DNA of 64,000 nt from the NCBI GenBank assembly GCA_965112155.1, contig OZ218100.1. One strand, 5' to 3'. Below the pieces are notes generated by a model. It was given only the letters and a program-made list of their open reading frames with translations, was not told where the DNA came from and searched no databases. Position 1 is the stretch's first letter. The number at the start of each line of letters is the position of its first letter. The position numbers were made by a program, and so were the translations under genes. Below, piece after piece: positions 62,755-64,000 of the stretch. This DNA comes from Podarcis liolepis. Taxonomy: Eukaryota.

Positions 62755-63210
62755 AACAACAATAACAATTTCTTATTTATACCCCGCCCATCTGGCTGGG
62801 TTTCTCCAGCCACTCTGGGCGGCTTCCAACAGGATATTAAAAACACAAGAAAACATTAAAAACTTACCTAAATAGGGCTGCCTTCAGATGTCTTCTAAAA
62901 GTCAGGTAGTTGTTTATTTCCTTGACATCTGATGGGAGGGCGTTCCACAGGACTGGCGCCCTCCCAGGAGGCCCTCTGCCTGGTTCCCTGTAATCTCACT
63001 TCTTACAGTGAAGGAACCGCCAGAAGGCCCTTGGAGATGGACCTCAGTTTCCAGGCTGAACAATGGGGATGGAGACGTTCCTTCTGGGCTGAGGCCATTT
63101 AGGGCTTTAAAGGTCAGCACCAACACTTTGAATTGTGCTCGGAAATGTACTGGGAGCCAATGTGGGTCTTTCAAGACCGGTGTTATATGGTCTCGGCCGC
63201 CACTCCCAAC
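62755..63210 (-). mobile_element. L2 3' fragment inserted in opposite orientation
   Basis: HWLPVHFRAQFKVLVLTFKALNGL on the minus strand; L2 3' UTR gggcggggtataaataa. Confidence 0.82.
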
Positions 63211-63856
63211 TACTGATGTCCATGCTCTGGTAACCTCCAGATTAGATTACTGCAACACGTTATGTGGGTGGGGGTTATTGGTTTGTTCTTGTTCCTGTTT
63301 TTATTATGTATTTTGTCTTTTTTATCTTGTATTTTTATGTTGTGAACCACTCTGAGATCTACGGGTGTAGGGCTGTATACTAAACAAATAAATATAAAGT
63401 CAGAATGAATGGCGCAGAACAAACTGAAGCCTCATCTCTCCACCTGCCCGATTTGGATTCCCTTTGGCCGCAAAAGTTTCACTGGGCAGTGCCCACATAC
63501 ATTCATAGCTGGCAGCGATACATATTCTGCAGTAGTACAATGAAATCACAAAGGGTGCAAAAATATACAGCCTCAATTATAGCAGAACTGATTGTTTTGC
63601 AGGACTTACGGTGTACTATGATTAGAGGCTACAGTCAGCCCTGTGAAAGTTAAACGAATAGGAAATCAACTCCAAGTGGAAGCAAAACTCACCAGAGCAT
63701 GAACAGCTGCAGAAGACTGGTTGGGAACAGGTACGCCAAACAAAGCAGATGAACCGGGTGTGTTATGACAGCAGCATAGCCCTGGATTCTGCGAACGTAA
63801 AGGGATTTGCTTTCTAGCTGCATTGCAAACATTGTAAACTAGGGATTTGAGAGCCA

Positions 63857-64000
63857 TCTTATTTATTTCTTTATTGCATTCATATCCCTTATTTATCCAG
63901 GGGGCTCAATGGGGCATGCATGGTTCTCCCCCTCCCCATTTCATGCCCACAACAAACCTGTGGGGTAGGTTAGGCTGAGAGGCAGTAACTTGCCAAGGTT
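63857..64000 (-). mobile_element. MIR/CORE-like squamate SINE, runs off the window end
   Basis: cacaacaaacctgtggggtaggttaggctgagaggcagt is the reverse complement of the SINE at 32925. Confidence 0.65.

Overview
Squamate genomic DNA, most likely a lacertid lizard, judged from Sauria SINEs, BovB, CR1, L2, tRNA/CR1-tail SINEs and many hAT and Tc1 MITEs. No host protein-coding gene can be confidently called. The window holds three relatives of the Ngaro group of tyrosine-recombinase (YR) retrotransposons. (1) An ORF-intact minus-strand element at 42206-48690 (gag-like ORF1, RT/RNase H, YR, SGNH hydrolase) bounded by a shared 5-bp GCAAA core and lacking the internal A2-B2 repeats. (2) A 5'-truncated plus-strand element of another family at 22331-24871 (YR, SGNH, B1-A2-spacer-B2), unexpectedly flanked by a perfect 43-bp target duplication. 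(3) An older solo A-spacer-B unit at 14051-14872. Comparing them suggests a cis-acting RNA and gene-expression programme I do not know to be described. It comprises a four-way-junction RNA with UUCG/GNRA loops and an ENE-like U-rich internal loop between A2 and B2, and covarying long-range helices around the poly(A) signal. It also includes a CCC_UUU_CGA +1 frameshift site joining gag to pol, and phase-1 splice acceptors in front of the ATG-less YR and SGNH ORFs. All structures and alignments were read by eye, and all functional claims are inference.
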